Counted from the first letter of the stretch, positions 45,712 to 55,488 are shown. The stretch is DNA of 64,000 nucleotides from Thermoproteota archaeon (GCA_027491915.1 JAOZGC010000002.1:320001-384000); one strand, 5' to 3'. Numbers and translations: made by a program. Notes: generated by a model not told the origin, from the sequence alone.

Positions 45712-47021
45712 CCGGGACATTCCACCAGGATGCTCGCTATGATCTTGGAGAACCTCTTGTCGAGCGTGGATCGGTCGGCCAGGAACACCGCCGTCTCCTC
45801 GGGACCGAGCTCCTCCAGGAGCCTCCTCACGAACCTGTACGCTCCGGCCTCACCAAGCCCGGCGACCAGGTCGTTCAGGCTCCAAACCAGGAGGAAGATC
45901 CTGGAGCCGGTCGACCTCCTGAACCTGCCCATGAGCCCGGCCACCAGGCCGGCGTCCAGCTCGACCGCGAGGCGCCTGCCGGTAGACCTCCTGCCCCCCA
46001 CCAGTCCGACTCCCGTCTCCACCAGTAGGTCCACCTCTCTCTCGAGCATTTCGGCCACCGGACCGGGCGGGGCCAGGGCCAGCACTGCAAGGCCGAGCAT
46101 CCTGGCATCCTCGACGAATCTCCTGATCACCTTCCACGGATCCTTGGACAGGTCGGTCGCCAGGACGCACGGGAGGTGGATCCCGCGTCCCATCGAAAGG
46201 TACGTCTCTCTTCTGGGCAGCCTCGTCATCACCACGAGGGTCAGGGCGTAGGACAGACCCCCGATCCACGCCGGGGCTATGACCACTAGGACGTACGGCA
46301 CTGGCGGCAGGGGGTACATGTCCCCCACGCACGACCCCACCAGTGCGAACCCGAGCAGGCTGACGCCGGGCACCATGAGCCTGACGGCCGGATTTTCGGC
46401 TGCTATCTCAGGTCCCCGGTCGAGCAAGACCGCCCACGCGTGCACCCCTATCGACAGGGCCAGGAAGTGGGACCCCACCTCCGCGGCCAGCCATGGAGAG
46501 ACCGGCTGCGGGGCGGGATCCCATCCGGACGCCCAGGCCAGGGCGAACCCCCCGACCACGAGCCCCGCGGCCGCGATCATGGAGATCGCGGCCAGCCTCG
46601 ACAGCGAGATCCTCCTCAGCCTGGTCGGCTCCTGCGACGCGGCCGGCACCGTGATCTCCCATAAGGCGGCGGCCATCCCGACGTTGATGGAACCGGTGTC
46701 GGAGACGGCCACGACGGGGTCGGCCATGATCAGGGCCTCCTCCAACACGAAGAGCATCAGCCCGAAGATCCCCAGAGCGATCGCCAGGCCGAACCTCCAG
46801 ACTGAGAGGCCGAAGTACTCCAGCCGACTCGTCCACCCCACCGTGGCCAGGGCCAGGATGATCAGGAAAGTGGCGGCGAAGGCCGCCTTCCCCGCCAGGA
46901 TCGCCCAGTTGACCTCCGCCCTCGCGGCGGGCGGGTAGAGCAGGAGGAGGACCACCCCGAGGATCAGCCAGGCCGAGACCAGGACGGTGAGGATACTGTA
47001 GGCGAGCTCAACGGGCTTCAT
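45696..47021 (-). CDS. Multi-TM membrane protein with C-terminal DUF835-like domain
   Basis: About 8 TM helices; C-terminal SLNDLV..LG...AYRFV. Confidence 0.55.
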   Translation of the reverse strand: MKPVELAYSILTVLVSAWLILGVVLLLLYPPAARAEVNWAILAGKAAFAATFLIILALATVGWTSRLEYFGLSVWRFGLAIALGIFGLMLFVLEEALIMADPVVAVSDTGSINVGMAAALWEITVPAASQEPTRLRRISLSRLAAISMIAAAGLVVGGFALAWASGWDPAPQPVSPWLAAEVGSHFLALSIGVHAWAVLLDRGPEIAAENPAVRLMVPGVSLLGFALVGSCVGDMYPLPPVPYVLVVIAPAWIGGLSYALTLVVMTRLPRRETYLSMGRGIHLPCVLATDLSKDPWKVIRRFVEDARMLGLAVLALAPPGPVAEMLEREVDLLVETGVGLVGGRRSTGRRLAVELDAGLVAGLMGRFRRSTGSRIFLLVWSLNDLVAGLGEAGAYRFVRRLLEELGPEETAVFLADRSTLDKRFSKIIASILVECPGYMRS

Positions 47022-48155
47022 TCAATCCTCCTCCAGAATCTCCTCGGCCAGCCTGATCCCCCTCTCGGCCAGCCACCCCCTCACCGACTCGTAGGCCTCC
47101 TCCGAGGCGCCGAAGGCCTCTGGCGGGACGACCCCCCTGCTGGGGGACAGGCCGTCGGAGACGGCCCTAAGGAATCCTGTCGCCGCGAAGGCGGTCGTCC
47201 TGGCCATGGCAGTCATTCCGGTGGACTCGTCGTACCTGTCGATCAACCTGAACTCCATCCTGCCCCCGTCTCTGCCGACCGCGGAGACCAGCATGACGAC
47301 CAGGTCCCTGGGGTCCCGCGGGAGCCTCGCCTCGAGCAGCCTGACGGTGACCTCCGCCGGGATCACCTCCTTACCGTCCACGACCACCGGTTCCCTGCTG
47401 AGGAGGCCCAGATCCCGGAGGAACCTGATGGCCCTGGCGTGGCCCGGGTACCTCAGGGTCCTCTCCTCCATCCTGTCCACCCCCCTAATGGTCTTGAGGA
47501 GGGTGCGGAGCCCGTCCGTGAGGAAGGCCTCCATCCTCCCGACGCCGGGGACGTCCACCTCCACCGGGTCGGAGAGGGCCGGCACCTCCACCACCTCGCC
47601 CCCCCTGACGATCCTGGCCGGCCTGGTGTACTCCTCTATCAGGTCCTCCGGGCTCCAGGTTATGGCGTACCCCAGCGGGGGCCTCGGTTCCTGGGGAACC
47701 CCTCCGACCATTATCACAAGCTCCCTGAGCTCCCCGAGCTCGGCCAGGGCCCTGCCCGCCGCCAGGTTGCTGAGCCCCGGGGCCATCCCCGCGTCAGGTA
47801 CGATCGTGATCCCCTCGGCCCTGGCCCTTGAGTTGAGCCCCAGTGGGCTCTCCTCCGAGTAGGAGACGTCCACGAGATCTATCCCCTCGTCCACGGCGGA
47901 AGACCAGACCGCCGGGACGAGCCTGCCCGGCAGGGCGACTATCGCGGCGTCTACCTCCCTGAACAGGGAGGATATGGAGACGGGATCGCGGGCGTCCACG
48001 ACCCTGGTCTCCACCCCCCTGAGCCTTGAGGCCGCCTCCCTCAGGGCCTCGATACGGGCGTCCGCCAGGACGAGGTCGGCCTCGCCCCACCTGTCCCAGA
48101 TGTCCCAGGCGGCCGCCGACCCTATTCTCCCAAGGCCTAGAACGGCTGTCCTCAA
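47022..48155 (-). CDS. Saccharopine dehydrogenase / lysine 6-dehydrogenase family protein
   Basis: VLGLGRIG, DVSY, DAGMAPGLSN, TWSPEDLIEEY, TLRYPGH, AMARTT. Confidence 0.88.
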   Translation of the reverse strand: MRTAVLGLGRIGSAAAWDIWDRWGEADLVLADARIEALREAASRLRGVETRVVDARDPVSISSLFREVDAAIVALPGRLVPAVWSSAVDEGIDLVDVSYSEESPLGLNSRARAEGITIVPDAGMAPGLSNLAAGRALAELGELRELVIMVGGVPQEPRPPLGYAITWSPEDLIEEYTRPARIVRGGEVVEVPALSDPVEVDVPGVGRMEAFLTDGLRTLLKTIRGVDRMEERTLRYPGHARAIRFLRDLGLLSREPVVVDGKEVIPAEVTVRLLEARLPRDPRDLVVMLVSAVGRDGGRMEFRLIDRYDESTGMTAMARTTAFAATGFLRAVSDGLSPSRGVVPPEAFGASEEAYESVRGWLAERGIRLAEEILEED

Positions 48156-48382
48156 ATCACATCCCCCTCGGGCCGACCCCTCGCGGGATCCCTCCCCCGG
48201 GACCCCCCGGAGACTGGGACGGATCGGCGGTGTCCGCGCGGGGTGGGGTCACCCCGTCCTCCATCGACCCCCAACCTCAACCCTACTCCGAAAGAGCGGG
48301 GAGACATCCGAAGTCCTCACCGTCCAGGGGGTTTGGACCTCGGAGGGAGATCACTTTATTTATCTTGCGGTGCATTGGACCC

Positions 48383-48649
48383 GTGCTCGCCAAGGAGGTC
48401 ATAGGGAAGGAGGTCGTGACCCGAGACGGCGGCCTGGTGGGCCGAGTCCTGGACCTGGAGCTGACGGAGGACTGGAGGGTGTCGAGGCTCATCCTCTCCC
48501 TCAGGAGGGAGGCCGCCAGGTCGGCGGGGGCGAGGTTCCCCCTGAGGCCCAAGTCGGCCGTGGAGATCTCGGCCGTCGCCGGGGTCGGCGACCTCGTTAC
48601 CCTGATCTGCGGGTGGGCCGACCTCCCCTCGGTCCTGGAGAAGATCTGA
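48383..48649 (+). CDS. PRC-barrel domain protein
   Basis: LAKEVIGKEVVTRDG..VGRV.DLEL...W.V..L, VAGVGD.V; GTG 48383 about 25 nt after TTTATTTA. Confidence 0.8.
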   Translation: MLAKEVIGKEVVTRDGGLVGRVLDLELTEDWRVSRLILSLRREAARSAGARFPLRPKSAVEISAVAGVGDLVTLICGWADLPSVLEKI

Positions 48650-48707
48650 CCGGCCAGTTTTCGGCTAGAGGGACCGGACGCCGCGCCTTCGGGCCGGTGA
48701 GGGCGGG

Positions 48708-49898
48708 TCAGATGAGGCCCAGCTCCCGCGCCACCTCCTCCGCCCTCCCCCCTCCCCCGTACCTGGCCCAGACCGAGCAGGCCCCCTCCTGAGACACCAT
48801 GCACGGCCCGTATGGGGTTCCGGGGGTGCACACCTTCATGAACATGGGGCAGTCGGTCGGCTTGGCCGCCCCCAGGGTCACCTCGGCGCACCTGCATCCG
48901 GGGGGGAGGTCCCTGCTCCAGTCCTCCGGCGAGGGCTCCCTCAGCCCGTACCTCTCCGCCGCGTCCACCCGGGAGAACTCCCGCCTGAACGCCAGGCCGC
49001 TCTCCTCAACGAAGCCTATCCCCCTCCACGCCGAGTCGACCACCTCGCAGCACCTCTCTATCGCCCTCTTGGCGGCCAGGTTTCCCTCCCAGCTGACGAC
49101 CCTGGAGTACTCGTTGACCAGCCTGGGTCTCCCCTCCCTCAGCTGCCTGAGCATCTCGAGGACGGCCAGGACCACGTCCAGGGGCTCGAACCCGGTGACC
49201 ACGGCCGGTATGCCGTAGTCCCTCGGCACGAACTCCCACGCGGCCGCCCCCGTTATCGCCGACACGTGACCCGGGGCTATCACCCCGAGGATGGGCGCCC
49301 CCGGGACCCTCTCGAAGACGTACCTGGTTATCGGCGGGGTGAGCCTGTGGACGTTGATGAAGGTGAGGTTCTCCGGCACCGCACCCCTGGTCACCGGGGA
49401 AGCGGTGGCCGGGGCCGTGGTCTCGAACCCCACGGCCAGGAAGACCGACTCGACGCCGTCTCCCCTCGCCCGCCTCACCGCGTCCATCACGCTGTAGACC
49501 ACCTCGACAGGGGCCCCCTCCGACCTGGCCCTGGCCAGGCTGTCGGTCTCGGTCCCCCTTGGGGTTCCCTGCAGCCTGTAGGCGTCCCCGTAGGTGAGCA
49601 CCCTCACCCCGTCCCTGGCCAGGGAGGCCGCGGCGTCCACGTAGTACCCGGGGGTGATGCAGACCGGGCACCCGGGGCCGGCCACCAGCTCCACCTGCGG
49701 CGGCATCAGGGATCTGAGCCCGAAGTGGGTTATCGTCCACTCGTGGGTCCCGCAGAAGTCCATTATCTTGACCCTGTCGACCCCGGCGGCCTCGGCCGCC
49801 TGGGGGGCCACCTTCCATATCGCCCCCACGACCGACCTGACCTCCTCGGACGACCTGTAGAGCCTCTCGACCCTCTTGATGGGAGACTCCTCCCCCAT
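48708..49898 (-). CDS. hypD: Hydrogenase maturation protein HypD
   Basis: FCGTHE, GPGCPVC, GFETTAP, PGHVS, GFEP, GPCMVSQEGAC. Confidence 0.95.
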   Translation of the reverse strand: MGEESPIKRVERLYRSSEEVRSVVGAIWKVAPQAAEAAGVDRVKIMDFCGTHEWTITHFGLRSLMPPQVELVAGPGCPVCITPGYYVDAAASLARDGVRVLTYGDAYRLQGTPRGTETDSLARARSEGAPVEVVYSVMDAVRRARGDGVESVFLAVGFETTAPATASPVTRGAVPENLTFINVHRLTPPITRYVFERVPGAPILGVIAPGHVSAITGAAAWEFVPRDYGIPAVVTGFEPLDVVLAVLEMLRQLREGRPRLVNEYSRVVSWEGNLAAKRAIERCCEVVDSAWRGIGFVEESGLAFRREFSRVDAAERYGLREPSPEDWSRDLPPGCRCAEVTLGAAKPTDCPMFMKVCTPGTPYGPCMVSQEGACSVWARYGGGGRAEEVARELGLI

Positions 49899-49956
49899 GG
49901 AGATCCCGGGTCCGCGGGGTCAAGGCTTTTAAGGGGTTCCCAGGCCGCCCTCCCCG

Positions 49957-50274
49957 TTGAGCGGGGACGAGGAGGGAGATCCTGTCAGGATCTTGGTGGA
50001 GCTGCTGCGGTCGCTCCAGGACCTATCCAACGAGGTGCGGGATTCCCTGATAAGGGGATTGGAGCTGGACAGGCTGCTGATATACGACTTCCCGGAGCCG
50101 GCCCCCGTGGACGGCAGGGAGGTGGCGTCCGCCGTGCTCCGTTCCCTGGGGGTAGAGCCGAGAGATCTGTCCGATCCACTCTCCGAGCTTCAGGATGCCA
50201 TAGAGGGCGTCCTGAATAGGAAGACCGGCACCCGCCGGGCGGAGGAGGGAGGGGAAGGGAGGGGCGAGGATTGA
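49957..50274 (+). CDS. Hypothetical protein (first gene of hyp cluster)
   Basis: 105-aa ORF overlapping the next start; TTTTAA upstream. Confidence 0.5.
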   Translation: MSGDEEGDPVRILVELLRSLQDLSNEVRDSLIRGLELDRLLIYDFPEPAPVDGREVASAVLRSLGVEPRDLSDPLSELQDAIEGVLNRKTGTRRAEEGGEGRGED

Positions 50275-50771
50275 GGATCTTCGTGGGATTCGTGGGCCAA
50301 CCCCTGGCCTCGGACATGGGGGTGCCCCAGAGGGTAATGGAGATCCTGACCCGGAGGTGGGCGGAGGGAGGGGCCCCGGCGGACCTGGACTACGAGGACC
50401 TGAGCACCAACCTGGCGGCCGCCTCCCAGATAGTCGAGGAGTCCGAGCCCGACGCCCTCGTGCTGGTCGCCGCCAAGAGGAGGGGCGGCAGGCCGGGAGA
50501 GATCAGGATCTACGAGCCCGAGGTGGAGATCCCGGACGACCCCTTCGCGGCGAACGACGCCATGAGGGCCTCCCTGGAGGGGAGGGTTGACGTGGACGAC
50601 ATACTGTACGGCCTGAAGGTGCTCGGGGCGTCCCCTCCCAAGATCGTGGTGGTGGAGTGCGAGCCACCGGAGGCGGGACCGGGGATAGGCCTCTCCCGGG
50701 CGGGCGAGGAGTGCGCCTCCAGGATGGCCGAGGCCGTGGCGGGGGTGCTGGAGGGATGGGCCGGGTCCTGA
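50271..50771 (+). CDS. Hydrogenase maturation protease-like protein (divergent)
   Basis: GFVGQPLASDMGV (GN..DDG-like), LVLVAA...PGEI, VVVECEP, GLS. Confidence 0.65.
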   Translation: MRIFVGFVGQPLASDMGVPQRVMEILTRRWAEGGAPADLDYEDLSTNLAAASQIVEESEPDALVLVAAKRRGGRPGEIRIYEPEVEIPDDPFAANDAMRASLEGRVDVDDILYGLKVLGASPPKIVVVECEPPEAGPGIGLSRAGEECASRMAEAVAGVLEGWAGS

Positions 50772-51313
50772 TACTGGGGGTGGGCAACAGGTTGATAGGG
50801 GACGAGGGATTCGGGTCCTACTTCGCGGACGCCCTCTCCAGGTTCGACCTGCCCCCGGGGGTGAGGGCCTTCGACGGGGGGACCGGGGGGATGGCGCTGC
50901 TCCACGAGGCCGAGGGGGAGGACCTGGTGGTCATAGTGGACGCGGTGTCGGAGAGGTACGGCCCGCCCGGGTCGGTGGTCAGGCTCTCCGTGGACAAGGC
51001 GGCGTTCTCCCCGGAGGAGGTGGCCGAGGTTATGGGGGAGATAGACCTGCACCAGTTCGGCCCCGAGATGCTGGTGGCCCTGGGCTCCGTCATGGGGGTG
51101 TTCTCTGGGGACGTCTGCGTGATAGGCGTCGTCCCCAGCCGCCTGGACCTGGGGATGGGGCTGTCCCCCGAGGTTGAGAGGGCGGCCCTCGGGGTCCTGG
51201 AGAAGCTGAGGGAGGTTCTCAGGGAGAGGGGGATAGAGTTGGGGGTAGATCCGGACGACTTCCTGGCGGCCCTCAGGGAGAGCTACGGGATACCCAAGTT
51301 TGGGGGGACGTGA
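50756..51313 (+). CDS. Hydrogenase maturation protease (HyaD/HycI family)
   Basis: ILGVGN.LIGDEGFG, DGGT, IVDAV, H, GLSPEV; ATG 50756. Confidence 0.9.
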   Translation: MGRVLILGVGNRLIGDEGFGSYFADALSRFDLPPGVRAFDGGTGGMALLHEAEGEDLVVIVDAVSERYGPPGSVVRLSVDKAAFSPEEVAEVMGEIDLHQFGPEMLVALGSVMGVFSGDVCVIGVVPSRLDLGMGLSPEVERAALGVLEKLREVLRERGIELGVDPDDFLAALRESYGIPKFGGT

Positions 51314-51762
51314 CCTTGCACGAGTGGTCTCTCGCCCAGGGTCTCGTGGCCTCGCTCCACTCCTTCGCCGAGAGGGAGGGGCTCAGGAGGATAACGCTGG
51401 TCGAGGTGTCGGTCGGGGAGCTCATGGAGCTCGACGTCCCCGTCTTCAGGGACGCCTTCGAGACCCTGACCAGGGGAGGGCCGGCCGACTCCGCCGAGCT
51501 CAGGATAGTGGAGGAGCCCGCCAGGTTCAGGTGCAGGAGGTGCGGGGCCGAGTGGACCTTCGCCGAGGTTGAGGAGCAGATCCACCGGGGTGTGCCGGAG
51601 GACCTAATGGTGAGGGAGCCCGGGGGGGAGCTGGAGTCTCCCCTCCACATATTCCCGGACCTGGTTCCGGCGTTCGTCAGGTGCCCGAGGTGCGGCGGCA
51701 GGGACTTCGAGGTGCTGGCGGGCAGGGACATGAGGGTCTCCAGGTTGGAGGGGGAGAGGTGA
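51310..51762 (+). CDS. hypA: Hydrogenase nickel incorporation protein HypA
   Basis: HEWSLA, VGEL, CRRC and CPRC Zn motifs. Confidence 0.92.
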   Translation: MTLHEWSLAQGLVASLHSFAEREGLRRITLVEVSVGELMELDVPVFRDAFETLTRGGPADSAELRIVEEPARFRCRRCGAEWTFAEVEEQIHRGVPEDLMVREPGGELESPLHIFPDLVPAFVRCPRCGGRDFEVLAGRDMRVSRLEGER

Positions 51763-52550
51763 TGGACTCCGCTCCCGAGGGACTGGATCCCCTGGTCTCC
51801 CTGCTCGGGGAGAGGCTGGGGAGGATCGGGGAGGTCATACTGGTCGGCAGCGGGAAGGGGGGAGTCGGGAAGAGCCTCGTCTCCAGCTCCCTCGCCCTCG
51901 CCCTCTCGGACGGCGGCTCTCGGGTCGGCCTCCTGGACCTGGACCTGCACGGCCCGGCGGCGGCCAGGCTCATGGGCGTCTCCGGCCCGCTCGAGAGCTG
52001 GAGGGGCGGCGTGAGGCCCGTCGAGTCCATGGGGGTCGAGGTCATGTCCCTCGCCCTCGCCGTGGGGGACCTCCCCGTGCCCGTGTCCGGGGAGGGGAAG
52101 GGCAGGCTCACCCTGGCCCTGATGGCGCTCACCGACTGGGGGGACCTGGACTACCTGGTCGTGGACCTCCCGCCCGGGACCGGGGACGAGGTGATGATCC
52201 CGGTCAGGCACGTCGAATCGGCCAGGGCCCTGGCGGTGACCACCCCCTCCTCCCTGGCCAGGGACGCCGTGAGGAGGCTCCTCGTCCTCTTCAGGGATCA
52301 GGGGGTGGACATCCTCGGCATAGTGGAGAATCAGGCCTACGTGGATTGCGGCGGAGAGGTCGTGAGCCCGCTCGGCAGGTCGTTCGCCGAAGAGCTGGCG
52401 GCCGAGTTCGGGACCAGGGTCCTGGCGCGCATCCCGCTGGACCCCGCCATAGGCCGCGCCGTGGACGAGGGGATCCACCCGCTGAGGCGGTCCGGGGCCC
52501 TGGCCGACGCGGTGGGCGCCGTCGCGGGGGAGGTACTGGGGAGGCGGTGA
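51762..52550 (+). CDS. Mrp/NBP35 family P-loop ATPase
   Basis: SGKGGVGKS, LDLDLHGP, DYLVVDLPPGTGD, GIVEN, IPLDP. Confidence 0.9.
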   Translation: MDSAPEGLDPLVSLLGERLGRIGEVILVGSGKGGVGKSLVSSSLALALSDGGSRVGLLDLDLHGPAAARLMGVSGPLESWRGGVRPVESMGVEVMSLALAVGDLPVPVSGEGKGRLTLALMALTDWGDLDYLVVDLPPGTGDEVMIPVRHVESARALAVTTPSSLARDAVRRLLVLFRDQGVDILGIVENQAYVDCGGEVVSPLGRSFAEELAAEFGTRVLARIPLDPAIGRAVDEGIHPLRRSGALADAVGAVAGEVLGRR

Positions 52551-52552
52551 AT

Positions 52553-52801
52553 GTGTGCCTCGGGATACCGGGTAGGGTCATAGAGCTGAGCGGCGACGTG
52601 GCGCTGGTGGATTTCCTGGGGATAAGGAGGGAGGTGGACGCCAGCATGGCCGAGGGGATCGGCCCGGGAGACTACGTGGTGGTGCACGCCGGCGTCATAA
52701 TCTCAAAACTCGATCCCGAGGAGGCCGAGAGGACCCTGGACGCCTGGAGGGAGATGGTGGAGTTCCTCTCCTCCGAGGGCGGGGACGGGGGGGATGGGTA
52801 G
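52553..52801 (+). CDS. hypC: Hydrogenase assembly chaperone HypC
   Basis: (M)CLGIPG, GDYVVVHAG; GTG 52553 gives the required N-terminal Cys. Confidence 0.93.
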   Translation: MCLGIPGRVIELSGDVALVDFLGIRREVDASMAEGIGPGDYVVVHAGVIISKLDPEEAERTLDAWREMVEFLSSEGGDGGDG

Positions 52802-52831
52802 GGCGGGAGGAGAAGAGGGGGGGAGATCGCC

Positions 52832-53875
52832 TTGAGCCTCGGGACCGGACGGGTCACCCTAGCCCACGGGGCCGGGGGAAGGGAAACCTGGGAGCTCCTC
52901 GACAGGCTGATCCTGTCCAAGCTGGATCCCGGTATGAAGACCGCCCTGGGGGGGATAGGGACCGACGAGCTGGACGACGGGGCCACCCTGGCGTCCGTCG
53001 GGGGACACCTGGTGCTGACCGTCGACGCCTTCACGGTGAGCCCGCCCTTCTTCCCCGGCGGGGACATAGGATCCCTGGCGGCCGCAGGGGCCATAAACGA
53101 CGTGCTGATGATGGGAGGGAGGCCCGTCGCCGTCTTGGACTCGGTAGTGGCCGAGGAGGGCCTCCCCCTGGAAGACCTGGACAGGGTGGTCTCCTCCTTC
53201 CTGCGGGTCCTCAGGTCCGAGGGGGTCAGCCTGATAGGCGGGGACCTGAAGGTCATGCCCCGGGGCCAGGTGGACGGGGTGCTGATAACCGCCGTCGGGG
53301 TCGGGGTCGCCGACCGCCCGATAGTGGACTCTTCCCTCAGGGAGGGGGACGTCCTCATCGTGAGCGGGCCCGTGGGAGAGCACGGCGCCGCCATACTGGC
53401 CGCCCAGAGGGGGATAGGGGTTGAGAGCGAGGAGCTGAGGAGCGACTCCAGGCCCCTGACCGGGCTCATGCTGCCCCTGCTCAGGGAGCACGGAGACGCC
53501 GTCAGGGCCGCCGTGGACCCGACCAGGGGCGGGCTGGCCGGGGTCTTGAACGAGTGGGCCTCCAAGACCGGCCTGACCCTCGTGGTCGACGAGGCCAGGA
53601 TACCGGTCAGGGAGCCCGTCAGGTCCTACGCCGACATGCTGGGGGTCGACCCGCTGACCCTCGCCTGCGAGGGCGTGGCCCTGCTGGGGGTGGATCCGGG
53701 GTCTGCCGACGAGGTGCTGGAGTTCGTCAGGGATCTCGGGTTCCCGCAGGCCTCCGAGATAGGGGAGGTCCGGAGGTCCGAGAGGGGCAGGGGCATGGTG
53801 CTGCTGAGGAGCGAGGCCGGCGGCCTCAGGATACTGGAGGCCCCGTCGGGGGAGATTGTCCCCAGGATCTGCTGA
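52832..53875 (+). CDS. hypE: Hydrogenase maturation protein HypE
   Basis: LAHGAGG, DDGA, FFPGGDIG, DPTRGGL, C-terminal PRIC. Confidence 0.95.
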   Translation: MSLGTGRVTLAHGAGGRETWELLDRLILSKLDPGMKTALGGIGTDELDDGATLASVGGHLVLTVDAFTVSPPFFPGGDIGSLAAAGAINDVLMMGGRPVAVLDSVVAEEGLPLEDLDRVVSSFLRVLRSEGVSLIGGDLKVMPRGQVDGVLITAVGVGVADRPIVDSSLREGDVLIVSGPVGEHGAAILAAQRGIGVESEELRSDSRPLTGLMLPLLREHGDAVRAAVDPTRGGLAGVLNEWASKTGLTLVVDEARIPVREPVRSYADMLGVDPLTLACEGVALLGVDPGSADEVLEFVRDLGFPQASEIGEVRRSERGRGMVLLRSEAGGLRILEAPSGEIVPRIC

Positions 53876-53903
53876 GTCGGGAGCGTCCGGCGGGAACGGC
53901 CGG

Positions 53904-54809
53904 TCACGATCCGGGATCCTGGGCCGGTCGGCCGCCAGTCCCAGAGTAGAGCTCCCTCCTCCTGGCCTCGAGGAGCTCCTCCGGGACCCCCATGAAGGAG
54001 GCGGCGCTCTCCACCCTCTTCCCCAGGGCCGCCCCGGCGTCCAGGACCCCCCTCACCCTCTCCCTCCAGGCCAGGTCCCTCGTGAGGTGGTGGTCCAGCA
54101 CCAGCGTCTCCACGCGCGTCCCCTCCAGCAGCCGGATCAGGTTCGTCACCGACTCCTCCAGGCTCCTCCTGGAGTACCTGAAGCCCAGCATGTAGGTCAT
54201 CGGGCCGTCGACGACCACCAGGTTGGGGTTGACCTCCAGCATGAACTCCAGCTGGTCGGGAAGGCTCGGCCCCTCCACGTCCGAGCTGAACAGGAAGACC
54301 TCCCCCCCGGACTCGACCGCCACCTCCACGACGTATCCCAGCCTGGGGTTGGTTCCGTGGAAGACGGCCCTGGAGAACCTGACCCTGGTCCCTCCGAACT
54401 CGAAGGTCCTGCCGTCGGCGAACTCCACCCGGTCCACCCTGCCGCCGACCGCCCTCAAGAAGAGGGGGGCCCTCTCCTCCCGCTGGCTCCTGTTTATGTT
54501 CTCTGTGGGATGCTTCGCGAGGAGCACCTTCCCGTCGTACACGTCCAGTGGTATCTTCCCGCCCAGGTCGTGGTGATCGTAGTGGTAGTGGGTCACCACC
54601 ACCACGTCGGCCGACCGGGCCGCCTCGGCGACCTCCGCCGCCTTCTCCCTGAGCCTCTCGACCTCCACCCTGTGGGGGGGGAGGTGGTACCTGGACGGCC
54701 CCAGGGCGACCCCGGGGTCTATCATCACGCTGGCGTCCGGGGTCTGCACCAGGGTGGCCATGCTCCTGACACCCATGGAGTCGAAGGCTATGAGCTCCAC
54801 GTCCAGCAC
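53904..54809 (-). CDS. UPF0282 family MBL-fold metallohydrolase
   Basis: DSMGVRSMAT, IDPGVALGP, THYHYDH, DHHL.RD. Confidence 0.85.
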   Translation of the reverse strand: MLDVELIAFDSMGVRSMATLVQTPDASVMIDPGVALGPSRYHLPPHRVEVERLREKAAEVAEAARSADVVVVTHYHYDHHDLGGKIPLDVYDGKVLLAKHPTENINRSQREERAPLFLRAVGGRVDRVEFADGRTFEFGGTRVRFSRAVFHGTNPRLGYVVEVAVESGGEVFLFSSDVEGPSLPDQLEFMLEVNPNLVVVDGPMTYMLGFRYSRRSLEESVTNLIRLLEGTRVETLVLDHHLTRDLAWRERVRGVLDAGAALGKRVESAASFMGVPEELLEARRRELYSGTGGRPAQDPGS

Positions 54810-54885
54810 AGGATCCCCCCGATAGATCCGCCTTACCGTTTGCGACCGCCTTTTTATTGGCCTCGGCCCGGATCCGGGGGGACGG

Positions 54886-55431
54886 TTGCCGCGCCGGCGG
54901 GACTCCAGGTTCTTGCAGGGGCTCGCGGTCGGCCTGATCCTCGGCGCCTCCGCGGCCCTGGCGGTACGCCGGCCGCCGGCCGGGGAGGGCGGATGGTCGG
55001 CCAGGGTCTACTTCTGCCCGGAGGACGGCTGCTCCCACGTGGTCATCCGTTGGATAGAGAGGGCCAACGAGAGCGTCGACGTGGCGATGTACTCCTTCAC
55101 GCTGGACTCGATAGGGGAGGCCCTCGTCAGGGCGGCCGAGAGGGGGGTGAGGGTGAGGGTCATCCTGGAGAGGGACCAGGTGAACCAGTACAGCGAGTAC
55201 TCGAGGCTGAGGGACGCCGGCATAGACGTCGTGCTGGACTCGAACGCCCACCTCATGCACGACAAGTTCGCCGTGATCGACGGGAAGGTGGTGCTGACCG
55301 GAAGCTTCAACTGGTCCCTCTCCGCCGACCGGTACAACGACGAGAACCTCCTGATCCTCAGGTCGGGAGATCTCGCCTCGGAGTATGAGTCAGAATTTGA
55401 TGAGATGTGGGCTGGAACGTTCGGCGGGTGA
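54886..55431 (+). CDS. Phospholipase D/Nuc-like endonuclease with N-terminal membrane anchor
   Basis: YFCP, AMYSFT, HDKFAVID (HKD), TGSFNWS, N.EN. Confidence 0.88.
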   Translation: MPRRRDSRFLQGLAVGLILGASAALAVRRPPAGEGGWSARVYFCPEDGCSHVVIRWIERANESVDVAMYSFTLDSIGEALVRAAERGVRVRVILERDQVNQYSEYSRLRDAGIDVVLDSNAHLMHDKFAVIDGKVVLTGSFNWSLSADRYNDENLLILRSGDLASEYESEFDEMWAGTFGG

Positions 55432-55488
55432 TCCGGACGGGACGCTCCCCGGGATAGGTTTATCACCTCCCGCCCCCCCGGCCGCCCG

